Positions 37,827 through 47,814 of a stretch of DNA of 64,000 bases are shown in pieces. Position numbers and translations under genes: made by a program. Within the stretch, counting starts at the first letter, position 1. The number at the start of each line of letters is the position of its first letter. The notes beneath the pieces are model-generated. The model did not search any database and was not told the DNA's origin. It saw only the letters and a program-made list of their open reading frames with translations. The DNA comes from a virus. The stretch covers positions 60,545 to 124,544 of IMG/VR virus record IMGVR_UViG_3300027908_000020; one strand, given 5' to 3'.

Positions 37827-38339
37827 ATGGCCAAAATACCTACGGATAAAATTAAAAATTTGTCCCCAGAGACTTTGCTGGGCATGCTTAACCGTATGAA
37901 AAAATTTTTAAAGAAGCACCCTATTGTAATAAAGATGTTCAAAGAGTATGACGTCCCAATAGAGGAGCTAGACCTTATTCCTATGAAATTTGGGGACTTA
38001 GACGTATCAGCCAGAACCGATCATGGAATCATCACTTTTAATTTAAAACTTTTAAATGATGGTGATTTTCATAAAGATTATATGTATGCAGTTCATGAAA
38101 TAGAGCATTTCCTACAGCAAACTACCGGCGATGGTCCAACTAAAGGAGCGGAAGATGGAGATTATCTTAAAAATCCTTATGAACAGAGTGGGTTCCAGAG
38201 ACAGATAGAATATCTAGATCATATGTATGGTGATGATGAAGCGGAGAGATATACAGAGCATTTATTAGAGCACCATGACAAAGATGGAAAAGAAAAAGAA
38301 AAACTCAAAGAAAAGCTTATGGAAAAGGTAGATGAATAA
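37827..38339 (+). CDS. Zincin-like metalloprotease domain protein
   Basis: AVHEIEHFLQQ (HExxH) with downstream NPYEQ. Confidence 0.65.
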   Translation: MAKIPTDKIKNLSPETLLGMLNRMKKFLKKHPIVIKMFKEYDVPIEELDLIPMKFGDLDVSARTDHGIITFNLKLLNDGDFHKDYMYAVHEIEHFLQQTTGDGPTKGAEDGDYLKNPYEQSGFQRQIEYLDHMYGDDEAERYTEHLLEHHDKDGKEKEKLKEKLMEKVDE

Positions 38340-41300
38340 GAACGCTCAGAAAACTCGATTTGATGAGATAGTAGAGCAGGAACGTAAGCCTCGTAATGAA
38401 GAGGCTGTGCAGGAATTTTTACCATTTTATGATCCAAAGTGGCAAGAACGATTGAAGGAGGAGCGTGAGAAGGGCACATCTTGGTCGCGCTACAATAGAC
38501 ATACTAGACCAGCTGAGCAAATTCACTTCGAGCAATCTCTGCGCCCCGCCTCAAAACCGCGGCAGCCGTTAGATTTTAGTTATCCAGAGCTATCGCCTGA
38601 GCATATAGGGTTCCGACCGCTGAATGAGCGTGAAGATAAAATGCTTCGTCACAAAGAAGATGAGGCCTACAAAAGACGACAAAATTACTATCCGTATGGT
38701 AGTACTGATTATTATGCAAAACAACGTGAGGAAGAATACCAAAGAGCAGTAAATGAAATAAAAGCACTTAGACAGCTAGATAAATCGCTACCCGAAGATA
38801 TTAAGAGACAAGTACTTGACAAGTATAATGAGTTTCGTAAAGTAGCTGCTGAATTCTATTTGAAATATAAAGAAGCGAATGAAATGGCTTCTGGAGTTGT
38901 AGAATTAAATTATGATGGAAATTATAGAAATCTTATAAGGAATTTTTCTAGGTTTGCCGTTTCATCCATCAAGATAAAAATGGGAACACTTTTTGGCCAT
39001 ATTCGTGATCGAAAAGGACGCAGTTCTACTACAGCGCGATATTTAGCTGATTTTTTTCATAGGGGGCTTAATATTTTTAGCATTAATGCATTAAATTTTG
39101 AATTAAAAATCCATGAAATGGATAACGTGATAAAAATGATGCACGGAATAATAGATGAATATGATAAACTAAAAAAAGTACTCATCAAACTTCCAGGAAG
39201 AGTACAAAAAGCAGTTGATAGTTTTTTAAGAAATAAATCAAATAAAGAAATACTTGATTGGATGGAAGAATATTTCCCAGATGATAAAGAAGAATTTATA
39301 AAAAGCTCAATAAGAGAACTAGTTAGTAATGCTCAGTCGCGTGATTTAGAACTTCATCTCGGAGATCTAGAAAGTATGAAAAGCTATAAAAGCATTCATG
39401 ATAAAGCTTCTAGTACTACAACTGAAAAATTATTTGATAGACTTCATAAAAATGTTTCTACAGAAATAGTTGATGCTGCTAAAGAGCGAGTTAGTCAAAT
39501 TTTGCTACCAAAAATTGAATTTTTACTGGAGTTATTAACTGGCGGAAATAAAGAATATAAAACAGAAGAAGAAATAAGATTATCTGTAAATTTTGCAGAA
39601 TTATCTAGGTATCTTAAAAAAGAATTTCAAATAGACTTACCATCTATATTTAATTTTACTAATACTGTTATGGATAATTATTGGAGTAGAAACTTTCCAG
39701 AAGATGAAGTAGAAATGATTCAAGTTCAGAAACTTAAAACACAGAGTTCAAAAGAAAAATTTTATGGATCATTCCTGCATACGTTGAGATCAAATTCTGA
39801 AAAAATTATTTCTCACAGTTATCAGCTCGAAAGTGCTATCGGAGAGCATTTAGTAGAACTATTAAGAAATTGGAGCGACATAATACCAGCATTTAAGTTA
39901 AAAGAAATCTCAAAGTATGATGAAAGAGATTTACACAAAGTAGTTTCTGATGTCATGAAAGATTTAGTTATATCGTCAATACCTAATTTTAACTCAGAGA
40001 GACAATATTATTATGGTCCATTCGACCCCAAGTTTCCAGATTTTCGTCCACTTGGAGGTATAGTTAAGAAAATAGGTAAATTCTCTATAGGAGATGTTAC
40101 GAATCTAGTTGCTAAACTAGCTCCATCTGTTCCAAAAGAATTTTGGCTTCATTTGGTCAGAAATCTAGTAAAAAATTCCTCCGAATACGGCGGAGATCTA
40201 AAGCACTTCGAAAATATGGCATATATGAGCGGTTCTGTTTATAGAATAGGTTTAGATGCTATGGTTAACTTGCTAAAACGAGCTGGCAAGTTTAATCCAG
40301 ATGTATTTACCAATACATTTAAGAAAAGCTATGGTGAGTTCTATAAAGCATCGTCCAATCTTGGCTCGGAGTTCAAAGATGTATCGGATGCTGATAAAGC
40401 AGAAATAATTTCTAATTCTATTAGAAATATTAATACAATAGAACAAGATACAGCTAATTTAGTTGAATTCTTAAAATTCAAACATAATGAAGCTTCAAGA
40501 CTCAATCAAAAAGATACTGTTAAGATTATTAAAAATAAAAATTTCTTTACTTTTAATAAAAATGGAATAGCCAGAAAATTGGTCAAAATTTATGCCGCTA
40601 TCAAAAGTCGTGGGGGAGCCAAGGCCATATTCGATAAGTATGCTGATATTATTGATGAACTAATTAAACGAAAATTCGTTAGTAAAAATTTTAAGAAGAA
40701 TATGTCATTTATCGTAAACTTCTTTGAAAGTGGACAGGAGATAAATCCAAAAAGTGAATCGTTCTCCAAAATATTTGAAATAATTTCAAGTTTAGAAACT
40801 GATTTGGCAACCATTGAAATGGGCGATGCACTTAAGAGTCTAATGGCAGATTTTCAAGAAAAAAATCCAAGGCTGTATGATCTAAACGTTCAAGTATCTG
40901 ACAAACTTAGATTCAGAGTTTTGGAAGGTAAAGATCCTAGAACATTGAGTATTGGTGTGGAAACAAACTGTTGTCAACGTATTGGTGGTATGGCTGAGAG
41001 CGCCGTAAAGGATTCATTTATAAACCCGCTGGCCGGTGTTCTTGTATTAGAATGGAAGAATGAGGAAGGACATTGGGTTCTTGTTGCTCAAAGTTATTTC
41101 CACTATGTTCCAAGAGATACAGGGTACATACTTGATAACGTTGAAATTAACAGCACTAATAAATATAAGAGTGGTATAGACTTGGAAGCGGCATATGCTT
41201 ACTTGGCTCAAAGAATAAAAGAGAAGGACCCAACTATATCATACTTCGTTGCTGGAAAGAGCTACTCAAAAATAGATACAAAGGATTTTAAGAGTCATAG

Positions 41301-41523
41301 TTTGCGTTCCGACCCAAGATCATTTAGTGCTGGAGCTACAAAAGGAACTGGTAAAAGTGGTGTTTACTCTGACTATGATAATAGAAATTCTATAGATTTG
41401 TTAGAGCCAAAGAAGGGTATGAGCGTAAGAATATCAACCTTATTCCCAGAGGATACAGCAAAGAAAACTGCCTTTAATATGAGTCTGAGGAAACATATAT
41501 TTAAGAGTATGTTAGCTGCATAA
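38332..41523 (+). CDS. Large helical protein with a C-terminal putative enzymatic domain (DP..L.IG.ETNCCQ.IGG ... AQSY ... ILDNVE)
   Basis: 1063-aa ORF; K-x-A motifs near both ends (MNKNAQ, KKTAF). Confidence 0.55.
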   Translation: MNKNAQKTRFDEIVEQERKPRNEEAVQEFLPFYDPKWQERLKEEREKGTSWSRYNRHTRPAEQIHFEQSLRPASKPRQPLDFSYPELSPEHIGFRPLNEREDKMLRHKEDEAYKRRQNYYPYGSTDYYAKQREEEYQRAVNEIKALRQLDKSLPEDIKRQVLDKYNEFRKVAAEFYLKYKEANEMASGVVELNYDGNYRNLIRNFSRFAVSSIKIKMGTLFGHIRDRKGRSSTTARYLADFFHRGLNIFSINALNFELKIHEMDNVIKMMHGIIDEYDKLKKVLIKLPGRVQKAVDSFLRNKSNKEILDWMEEYFPDDKEEFIKSSIRELVSNAQSRDLELHLGDLESMKSYKSIHDKASSTTTEKLFDRLHKNVSTEIVDAAKERVSQILLPKIEFLLELLTGGNKEYKTEEEIRLSVNFAELSRYLKKEFQIDLPSIFNFTNTVMDNYWSRNFPEDEVEMIQVQKLKTQSSKEKFYGSFLHTLRSNSEKIISHSYQLESAIGEHLVELLRNWSDIIPAFKLKEISKYDERDLHKVVSDVMKDLVISSIPNFNSERQYYYGPFDPKFPDFRPLGGIVKKIGKFSIGDVTNLVAKLAPSVPKEFWLHLVRNLVKNSSEYGGDLKHFENMAYMSGSVYRIGLDAMVNLLKRAGKFNPDVFTNTFKKSYGEFYKASSNLGSEFKDVSDADKAEIISNSIRNINTIEQDTANLVEFLKFKHNEASRLNQKDTVKIIKNKNFFTFNKNGIARKLVKIYAAIKSRGGAKAIFDKYADIIDELIKRKFVSKNFKKNMSFIVNFFESGQEINPKSESFSKIFEIISSLETDLATIEMGDALKSLMADFQEKNPRLYDLNVQVSDKLRFRVLEGKDPRTLSIGVETNCCQRIGGMAESAVKDSFINPLAGVLVLEWKNEEGHWVLVAQSYFHYVPRDTGYILDNVEINSTNKYKSGIDLEAAYAYLAQRIKEKDPTISYFVAGKSYSKIDTKDFKSHSLRSDPRSFSAGATKGTGKSGVYSDYDNRNSIDLLEPKKGMSVRISTLFPEDTAKKTAFNMSLRKHIFKSMLAA

Positions 41524-41585
41524 TTATACATTTTTGATGAAGCAAATAATTTCAATCTACTAGAAGTAGATGGGAGAAATAATTC

Positions 41586-44500
41586 TTGGTCTATTATCTC
41601 AATGTGTTTATTGATGGCTTGAATATAGCATCCAGTAATGGTGACGGATATTCTGTAAATCTAAAGTGGGCTACTGCTTATCCTACAACTCCAACCAATA
41701 AAATTTTGTACAATATCTGGATGAGCAATGTTCCTCCAGGATTAAATAGTGCGATTGCTCCGGTGTTCCCTGAAGATTTTTTTCTACCATATCCAACTTT
41801 TGCATCAACTGGCACTCAAACAAATGTTGATATTGTTGATTTGATACCAGGGCAAATGTATCATTTCGGTGTTAGAGCAGCCGAATATGATCCAGCAAAT
41901 TTCGATCCCAGTGTTTTGATACCAGCATACAATAATCTTTCTACCTACCCACAAAGTTTGCTTGCTACAGATATCAGTGCAACGGCTACGACAATACCTT
42001 TAATTTCAACAGAATCATTTCCAGATTATGGTGTAGTGCGCATCGGTGGAGAATTAGTTTACTATGATAGCGTAGATTACGTAAATAATCTTCTATTTGT
42101 TCCTGGCGGGACAAATGGTGGGTCTACAATAGTTGATCAAGGGGGAGGTAATTATTATACGGCCAGTTCAAGCAACATTGGCTCTGGAACAATAAATAAT
42201 TTAACGCTTGTTAACACGTCCGCACCAACCGAGACATGGACTATTAAATGTGACCAGGTGTTATACAATAATCTAAATCAGCAAATACCCGGAACAGCAA
42301 GATTTTCCGTAATAGGTAGTTCATCAGGCTCTCAAATTGGTGGACAAGAGTATTTTTGGGTCGCAAACGGTGTAGTGACGTCAAATACAATACTAAGCTT
42401 TGGCATAACAGAAACAGCTCTCTTTAGGCCGGGGGATTACTTCATTGTCAAGGTTTTAGCTATACCAGCTGGAATGGGCGGAAGAGGTTATAATAATACT
42501 ATCCCTACGATGCATGACATAGATGGATACGATGGGTATGTATACTGGGACCCAAATGTAATCTACTGGCCAATTGTTACTGAAGAATTGAATACACGTG
42601 TTTATGAATGTTGGAATAGATTTGATATTCATAATATTCCATTTACCATAACAGATGGTTACCATCAGAAGACGGTAGATCTATTGACAACTAACTTATC
42701 TGTTAGTGATGCCGATAACGTTGGCTTCCCAGCATACGATTTTGCTGGGTATCATAGAACAGATCCTGTCATGCTTTTGAGTGGCGCATGTGTTGGTAGC
42801 TACATTGGTGGATACATGTTTTGTGCCGATGGGTACTCTGGTGTTGGTCAACAGCTAAGAGGTCTGAATATACAGGATGTAAACAATCAGCGTCAAGAAG
42901 TTTTGCTTAGCACAACTGGTGAACCAGCTCTATTTGTAAGCAGACAGTGGACCGGCATTACATGTAAATGCATGCTGCCATACAATGAATATCCAGAGAA
43001 TAGATGCAGATATTGCTTTCCACCAGAAACGTTAATTAGAACTGAAACTGGGTTAAGACCAATTAATACGATTAAAATTGGAGACAAGGTCTTATCTTCT
43101 GATGGATTATATTATCCAGTTAATGATGTATATATAAACGAATATGACGGATATCTAAAATCCATAACAACTACAACTACTTCAAAGCCAATTTTAGCAA
43201 CACCTGAACATCCGTTTGTCAAGTTGGGCGGGGCGCATCAGGATAGTTTGATGCGGAAGTGTGGGCCTAAATGTAATTTGTTTATCAAACGAGGTGATGG
43301 AATTTCTAACCGTCACGATGTTCGACAAACTAAAAACAAGAGATGGCAGGCACGTATTGGAGTAAATTACAAAAAGATTGTATTAGGAACTTTTGACACC
43401 AAAGAATTAGCCAATCAAGCTATCGACAATTATCGAGACAAACATTGTGCACAAGGACATGAATTAGAATGGCACGCAGCCAGCCACATAGAAAAAGGCG
43501 ATTGGCTTGTTCCAAAGTGGAATAAGAATATTGTAAACGTAGATAAAATATCAATCCCACAAGAATTCTTGAAAAATACCAAGTTAGGATCAAAACGGAA
43601 TGGTACAACAGAGTTTGATATTGATAATGATTTTCTTTGGATTGCCGGACTTTACATAGCTGAAGGTTGTGCTGGGCAAAGGCAGATTTATTTTGCTCTG
43701 CACAAAAATGAGGTATCTTTCCAAGAAAAAGTTGTGTCATTCTTTACTAGATATGGATTTAATTCTAGTATTAGAAAAACATCGGATAATGGCGTTGTTG
43801 TTGCAATTTCGGGCTCATCACTTCCTGGTTGGTTTAGATCTATATTTGGAACCAAATGTTATAATAAACATATTCCTGAGATATTTATGAGTTTACCAAA
43901 TGATAAAGTTTGGTCATTAATAAACGGAATTAATGATGGCGATGGCACTAAAGCAATAGATGAAAATGAAATCACTCAAACTTCAGAGATATTAGCTCTA
44001 CAGCTTGTAGAGCTATTGCATAGGTGTGGTAAACAACCAATATTAAGAACATCTCAACATAGTAAGTTGACCCCGAAAGGAAATAAGAGAAAATTAGCTT
44101 ACTGCGTGAACTGGGATTTAGATCATCAGAATGTAAATCGTAAGGGACGATGGAAATTAGATAAAGAAGTTCTGGCTAAAGTAAAAAACACTAAAGATGT
44201 ATATTACAAGGGACTAGTGTATAATTTGGAGGTTGGTGGCGATCATACATATGTAGTACAAAATACGCTCGTTCATAACTGCTATGGCACAGGATTTATT
44301 GTGGGTTGGCAGCAGTACTTCAATCCAAGAAGATCTGATGGCAGAATCATGGTTCGATTCGATCCTGTTGTGGATGATTTGTTAGCAACAGATAGCGGTC
44401 TAGAGTCTTCAATGAATCCAACTTGCTGGACGCTCACCGTTCCAACGCTCAAAGATAGAGACTTTTTAATTCGTTTCGATGTTGGTGGTAATGAAGAGTT

Positions 44501-44897
44501 TAGATATGAAATTCTAAATGTTACACGAAATAAACTTATGTTTGGAATGGAAGGCATGCAAAAATTTGCTGTACAAAGAATTCGCAAGACCGATCCAATT
44601 TATCAAGTTAGAACCTTCAGAGATACAAGTTATTTCCCAACCCAGCTTACAACAACCGTTGGTTCAGCGCCAGGCGCCTTTGCTCCACATATTCATACAC
44701 TGACGTTAAGTGAGCAAATTACATCGCTAAGTCAGGTAAATCAGATTACTGGAATTACATTAGGTCATGCACATACCATTTTGGCAGGAGTAGTCCAGGA
44801 AGAAGGTCTTGGTCATACTCATCAAATTGTGCTTCCAGATCCGAGCATCTATCCAACTAATTTATATCCAACCTCAGAAGAAGGTAGCTCACCATAA
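41586..44897 (+). CDS. Intein-containing neck/head-closure-like structural protein
   Basis: GGGAG before a TTG start; beta-rich domains; CKC...RCRY|CYGTG Zn-finger split by the intein; C-terminal beta-barrel-like segment and HxH repeats. Confidence 0.65.
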   Translation: MVYYLNVFIDGLNIASSNGDGYSVNLKWATAYPTTPTNKILYNIWMSNVPPGLNSAIAPVFPEDFFLPYPTFASTGTQTNVDIVDLIPGQMYHFGVRAAEYDPANFDPSVLIPAYNNLSTYPQSLLATDISATATTIPLISTESFPDYGVVRIGGELVYYDSVDYVNNLLFVPGGTNGGSTIVDQGGGNYYTASSSNIGSGTINNLTLVNTSAPTETWTIKCDQVLYNNLNQQIPGTARFSVIGSSSGSQIGGQEYFWVANGVVTSNTILSFGITETALFRPGDYFIVKVLAIPAGMGGRGYNNTIPTMHDIDGYDGYVYWDPNVIYWPIVTEELNTRVYECWNRFDIHNIPFTITDGYHQKTVDLLTTNLSVSDADNVGFPAYDFAGYHRTDPVMLLSGACVGSYIGGYMFCADGYSGVGQQLRGLNIQDVNNQRQEVLLSTTGEPALFVSRQWTGITCKCMLPYNEYPENRCRYCFPPETLIRTETGLRPINTIKIGDKVLSSDGLYYPVNDVYINEYDGYLKSITTTTTSKPILATPEHPFVKLGGAHQDSLMRKCGPKCNLFIKRGDGISNRHDVRQTKNKRWQARIGVNYKKIVLGTFDTKELANQAIDNYRDKHCAQGHELEWHAASHIEKGDWLVPKWNKNIVNVDKISIPQEFLKNTKLGSKRNGTTEFDIDNDFLWIAGLYIAEGCAGQRQIYFALHKNEVSFQEKVVSFFTRYGFNSSIRKTSDNGVVVAISGSSLPGWFRSIFGTKCYNKHIPEIFMSLPNDKVWSLINGINDGDGTKAIDENEITQTSEILALQLVELLHRCGKQPILRTSQHSKLTPKGNKRKLAYCVNWDLDHQNVNRKGRWKLDKEVLAKVKNTKDVYYKGLVYNLEVGGDHTYVVQNTLVHNCYGTGFIVGWQQYFNPRRSDGRIMVRFDPVVDDLLATDSGLESSMNPTCWTLTVPTLKDRDFLIRFDVGGNEEFRYEILNVTRNKLMFGMEGMQKFAVQRIRKTDPIYQVRTFRDTSYFPTQLTTTVGSAPGAFAPHIHTLTLSEQITSLSQVNQITGITLGHAHTILAGVVQEEGLGHTHQIVLPDPSIYPTNLYPTSEEGSSP
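43014..44279 (+). mobile_element. Intein (422 aa) with a LAGLIDADG endonuclease and an AP2-like insertion
   Basis: Block A CFPPETLI; block B ILATPEHPF; IAGLYIAEG and INGINDGDG; VYNLEV..DHTYVV..TLVHN followed by a +1 Cys. Confidence 0.95.
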
Positions 44898-44933
44898 TTC
44901 AAACTAATAAAACAACATATAGTAAGGAAAATC

Positions 44934-47213
44934 ATGGTAAAACCAAATTATACACCTGGTATTGGTGGGTTAGCTACAAATCGATATGATTTTGAGAGTC
45001 ATGTCGAGGGATTTGCTTTTAGGCACAATGCTGTTCAAATAGATGTGAATCCAGCTGTTGTTATAGCGGGAGTTTCGTACATTACGGTAGCTGATGCATT
45101 AAATGCTATGGCTGACTTCATATCTTCAACAGAGGATAGCGGCCAAGGGTTTATAACTGTTGGGGATGGATATGATACATATCATAATGCCAATGGAAAT
45201 CCAAATTATGATCCTACTATTCCATCTCTTGATACAATACTAAATCCTTTATTTACATACATTATAAACTATTACAACAATCCAAATGCCGCGAACCTAG
45301 CTGCTATTCCGCAACAGTATTTAAGAATTAAGGATGGCGGTATAGTTTTGATAAAATCAGGAACGTATATTATACAAAATACAGTTAATGTTCCGCCAGG
45401 GATTAGTATTGTAGGAGAAAATTTTGGCACTAAAATAGTTAACCAAACTTCACCACAAGCCCCCATGTTTAATATATTACCTGATGTATCATTGGGTGGC
45501 GGTACCAGAATTACAGATATTGGTGTAGATGCTTCTGCGGCATTTCCACCCGGACATTTATTCATGTTTGCGCGTAAGACAGAATTTTTTAATCTAACAA
45601 TAGGTGATAATTTTATTGAGCCAATAAGCTCTGGTGACATAACCTATCGTAATCCTATAAATATAGTGCAACCCCTAATAGTTGTGAATGAGGGTGCTAA
45701 TTTTTCATGCAATAACATAAAATTTTTAGGAAAAACATCTTATTCTGGTTCTAACATTTCGGCTGTTTCAGCAATGCCCGTTGGTTTGAACTCTTCTATA
45801 CCATCAACTAGCGGGACATCATTAGATATTTCTAATTGTATCATAGATGGATTTGCTCAAGTAGCACAGTTTAATGTACTTGGTAGTGCAATAAATAGCT
45901 ATTTTACATTTAAGAACAATAAAGTTAGAGTTTATGGATTTCTAAATCAAAATGGGACCACATCCATATCATCTCTTTCTAGTGGAGAGAGTCTGCCACA
46001 AAGTACAATTAATGTACTATCTACAACTGGATTTCCATCTGCAACTAGTTCAAATCCTGGTTTCCTGATAATAAATATTTCTGGCTCCTATCAACTAGTA
46101 ACATACACAGGTAGCACAACTACTACATTTACTGGATGTTCAGGAGGCGCCGGAGAATTAACAACAGGTGATAGTGTCATAAACTTGGAAGATAACTGTT
46201 TTTTTAATATCAATAATTGTAATATTGATGCATCATACAACTATTGTTATGGTAATAGAGGCAATGTAAATGTTTTCCTCTTCTTAAGTAAGGGGGCAGC
46301 AGATGCGACTACTAATAATCATCCAAATATAACTATTGCAAATAATAATTGTTCTGTAGATAGAATTTCTGGATCAAATACATTTTTGTTCTTTAATCCT
46401 AGCAATGGAAGTTCAATATATAGTTTTTTGACAGGACCAAAATATTCATCATTAGTTTATAATAATAACAATAGTAATTTTACTAATTTATCAATATCTT
46501 TGAATTCATCTGACTCACTTCCATCACTTTTAATAGAAGGATCTGATGTAATACTTGGTAGTGGTATTAATACTCTTACGTTTTTATCTACTAATGGACC
46601 ATCTATCGTAGCAGCGGAAACTAATGGTTCGCCAAGTACATTCTATATGGTTGGCCAATCAACTTCGCAAGCATCTACAGCCGGAGGCGCGGTTGTTGTA
46701 CAGGGCGGAGCGGGAAATGGCGCAGCTGGAGGTAATATAAGTCTCATGGCCGGTGATGGCAGCGTGTACGGCGATATTAGCATATACGGAAATAATTTAA
46801 GTATAGTTGGTGGCAATACTCCAGTTTCTATTACAGCAACTGGACTAGGTGGTAATGCCAATGCATCTTCCGCTAGCTTGGCACCACTTACACCAAGCAA
46901 AGTTACATTGACAGCACCGGGAACAACTCATTCAACCGCATTAACAGCAGCGCAAGTAGCTTGCCCTATTGTAATTTTGGCAGGTACACAAAGCGGATCA
47001 ACTACAACATGGACTGTTAATTTTCCAGCACCCTCACTACCAACAATTTGGTTTGTTGATACAACAACTTTATCAATATTATCTGGAAATACAGTTAGAT
47101 TTAATGTTGGAAGCTCAAGTTATATCTCACTTAATAGTAGTTTTACACCAGGTGTGTATATAGTATATGCAAATGGAAATATAGCTTATACAACAACACT
47201 AACTACTATTTAG
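44934..47213 (+). CDS. Tail fibre/spike-like protein with a pectin-lyase-like beta-helix
   Basis: IVLIKSGTYII..TVNVPPGISIVGE motif; Asn/Ile/Ser-rich repeats; glycine-rich spacer. Confidence 0.65.
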   Translation: MVKPNYTPGIGGLATNRYDFESHVEGFAFRHNAVQIDVNPAVVIAGVSYITVADALNAMADFISSTEDSGQGFITVGDGYDTYHNANGNPNYDPTIPSLDTILNPLFTYIINYYNNPNAANLAAIPQQYLRIKDGGIVLIKSGTYIIQNTVNVPPGISIVGENFGTKIVNQTSPQAPMFNILPDVSLGGGTRITDIGVDASAAFPPGHLFMFARKTEFFNLTIGDNFIEPISSGDITYRNPINIVQPLIVVNEGANFSCNNIKFLGKTSYSGSNISAVSAMPVGLNSSIPSTSGTSLDISNCIIDGFAQVAQFNVLGSAINSYFTFKNNKVRVYGFLNQNGTTSISSLSSGESLPQSTINVLSTTGFPSATSSNPGFLIINISGSYQLVTYTGSTTTTFTGCSGGAGELTTGDSVINLEDNCFFNINNCNIDASYNYCYGNRGNVNVFLFLSKGAADATTNNHPNITIANNNCSVDRISGSNTFLFFNPSNGSSIYSFLTGPKYSSLVYNNNNSNFTNLSISLNSSDSLPSLLIEGSDVILGSGINTLTFLSTNGPSIVAAETNGSPSTFYMVGQSTSQASTAGGAVVVQGGAGNGAAGGNISLMAGDGSVYGDISIYGNNLSIVGGNTPVSITATGLGGNANASSASLAPLTPSKVTLTAPGTTHSTALTAAQVACPIVILAGTQSGSTTTWTVNFPAPSLPTIWFVDTTTLSILSGNTVRFNVGSSSYISLNSSFTPGVYIVYANGNIAYTTTLTTI

Positions 47214-47263
47214 ATATGTTATATCTAAATAGTATTTATTAGGCATAAATAATAGAGGTTCAA

Positions 47264-47758
47264 ATGGATAATGCCCTAAATGCACTTTTATCCTGGCAGT
47301 TTATACTATTTTCTTTGGGAATTTTTGCAATAATCTGGACATTCAGAACAGTTGTTGAGTTTGCGATTCCAAAAGTAGTAGGTAAGACTTGGTGGGAAAA
47401 ATTAGTTTTACCGATACTTCCGCTAGTTTTAGGATTAGTGATAGCTAAGTTTGCGGTTAACTACGCTTACCCTGATGGTTTATCGTCATTTGCTGGTAGA
47501 GAGCTTTTTGGATTAGTTGCAGGTATGTTTTCTGGATTAATTTACCAAGTAGTTAAAGGTATGTTAAAAAACAAAATTCAATCATATACATATCCATATC
47601 AATATCCCGTATACCCTACACCACCAACAATAACTGTATCAGGCCCGCCTCCTCCGCTTCCACTCCCAGTATATACTGTCGATCCCTCACAAAACACAGG
47701 CCCATCATATGATCCAGCAGCAGAAAGTATTGGTGGCGTGGGTGGCAAACAACCGTGA
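47264..47758 (+). CDS. Membrane protein, holin-like (about 3 TM helices, Pro-rich tail)
   Basis: Three hydrophobic segments; GAGG RBS. Confidence 0.55.
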   Translation: MDNALNALLSWQFILFSLGIFAIIWTFRTVVEFAIPKVVGKTWWEKLVLPILPLVLGLVIAKFAVNYAYPDGLSSFAGRELFGLVAGMFSGLIYQVVKGMLKNKIQSYTYPYQYPVYPTPPTITVSGPPPPLPLPVYTVDPSQNTGPSYDPAAESIGGVGGKQP

Positions 47759-47814
47759 GTTATAATGAATAAGATATGCTCAAAAGGAAGTAAAATTATC
47801 TACGAGGTTAGAAA

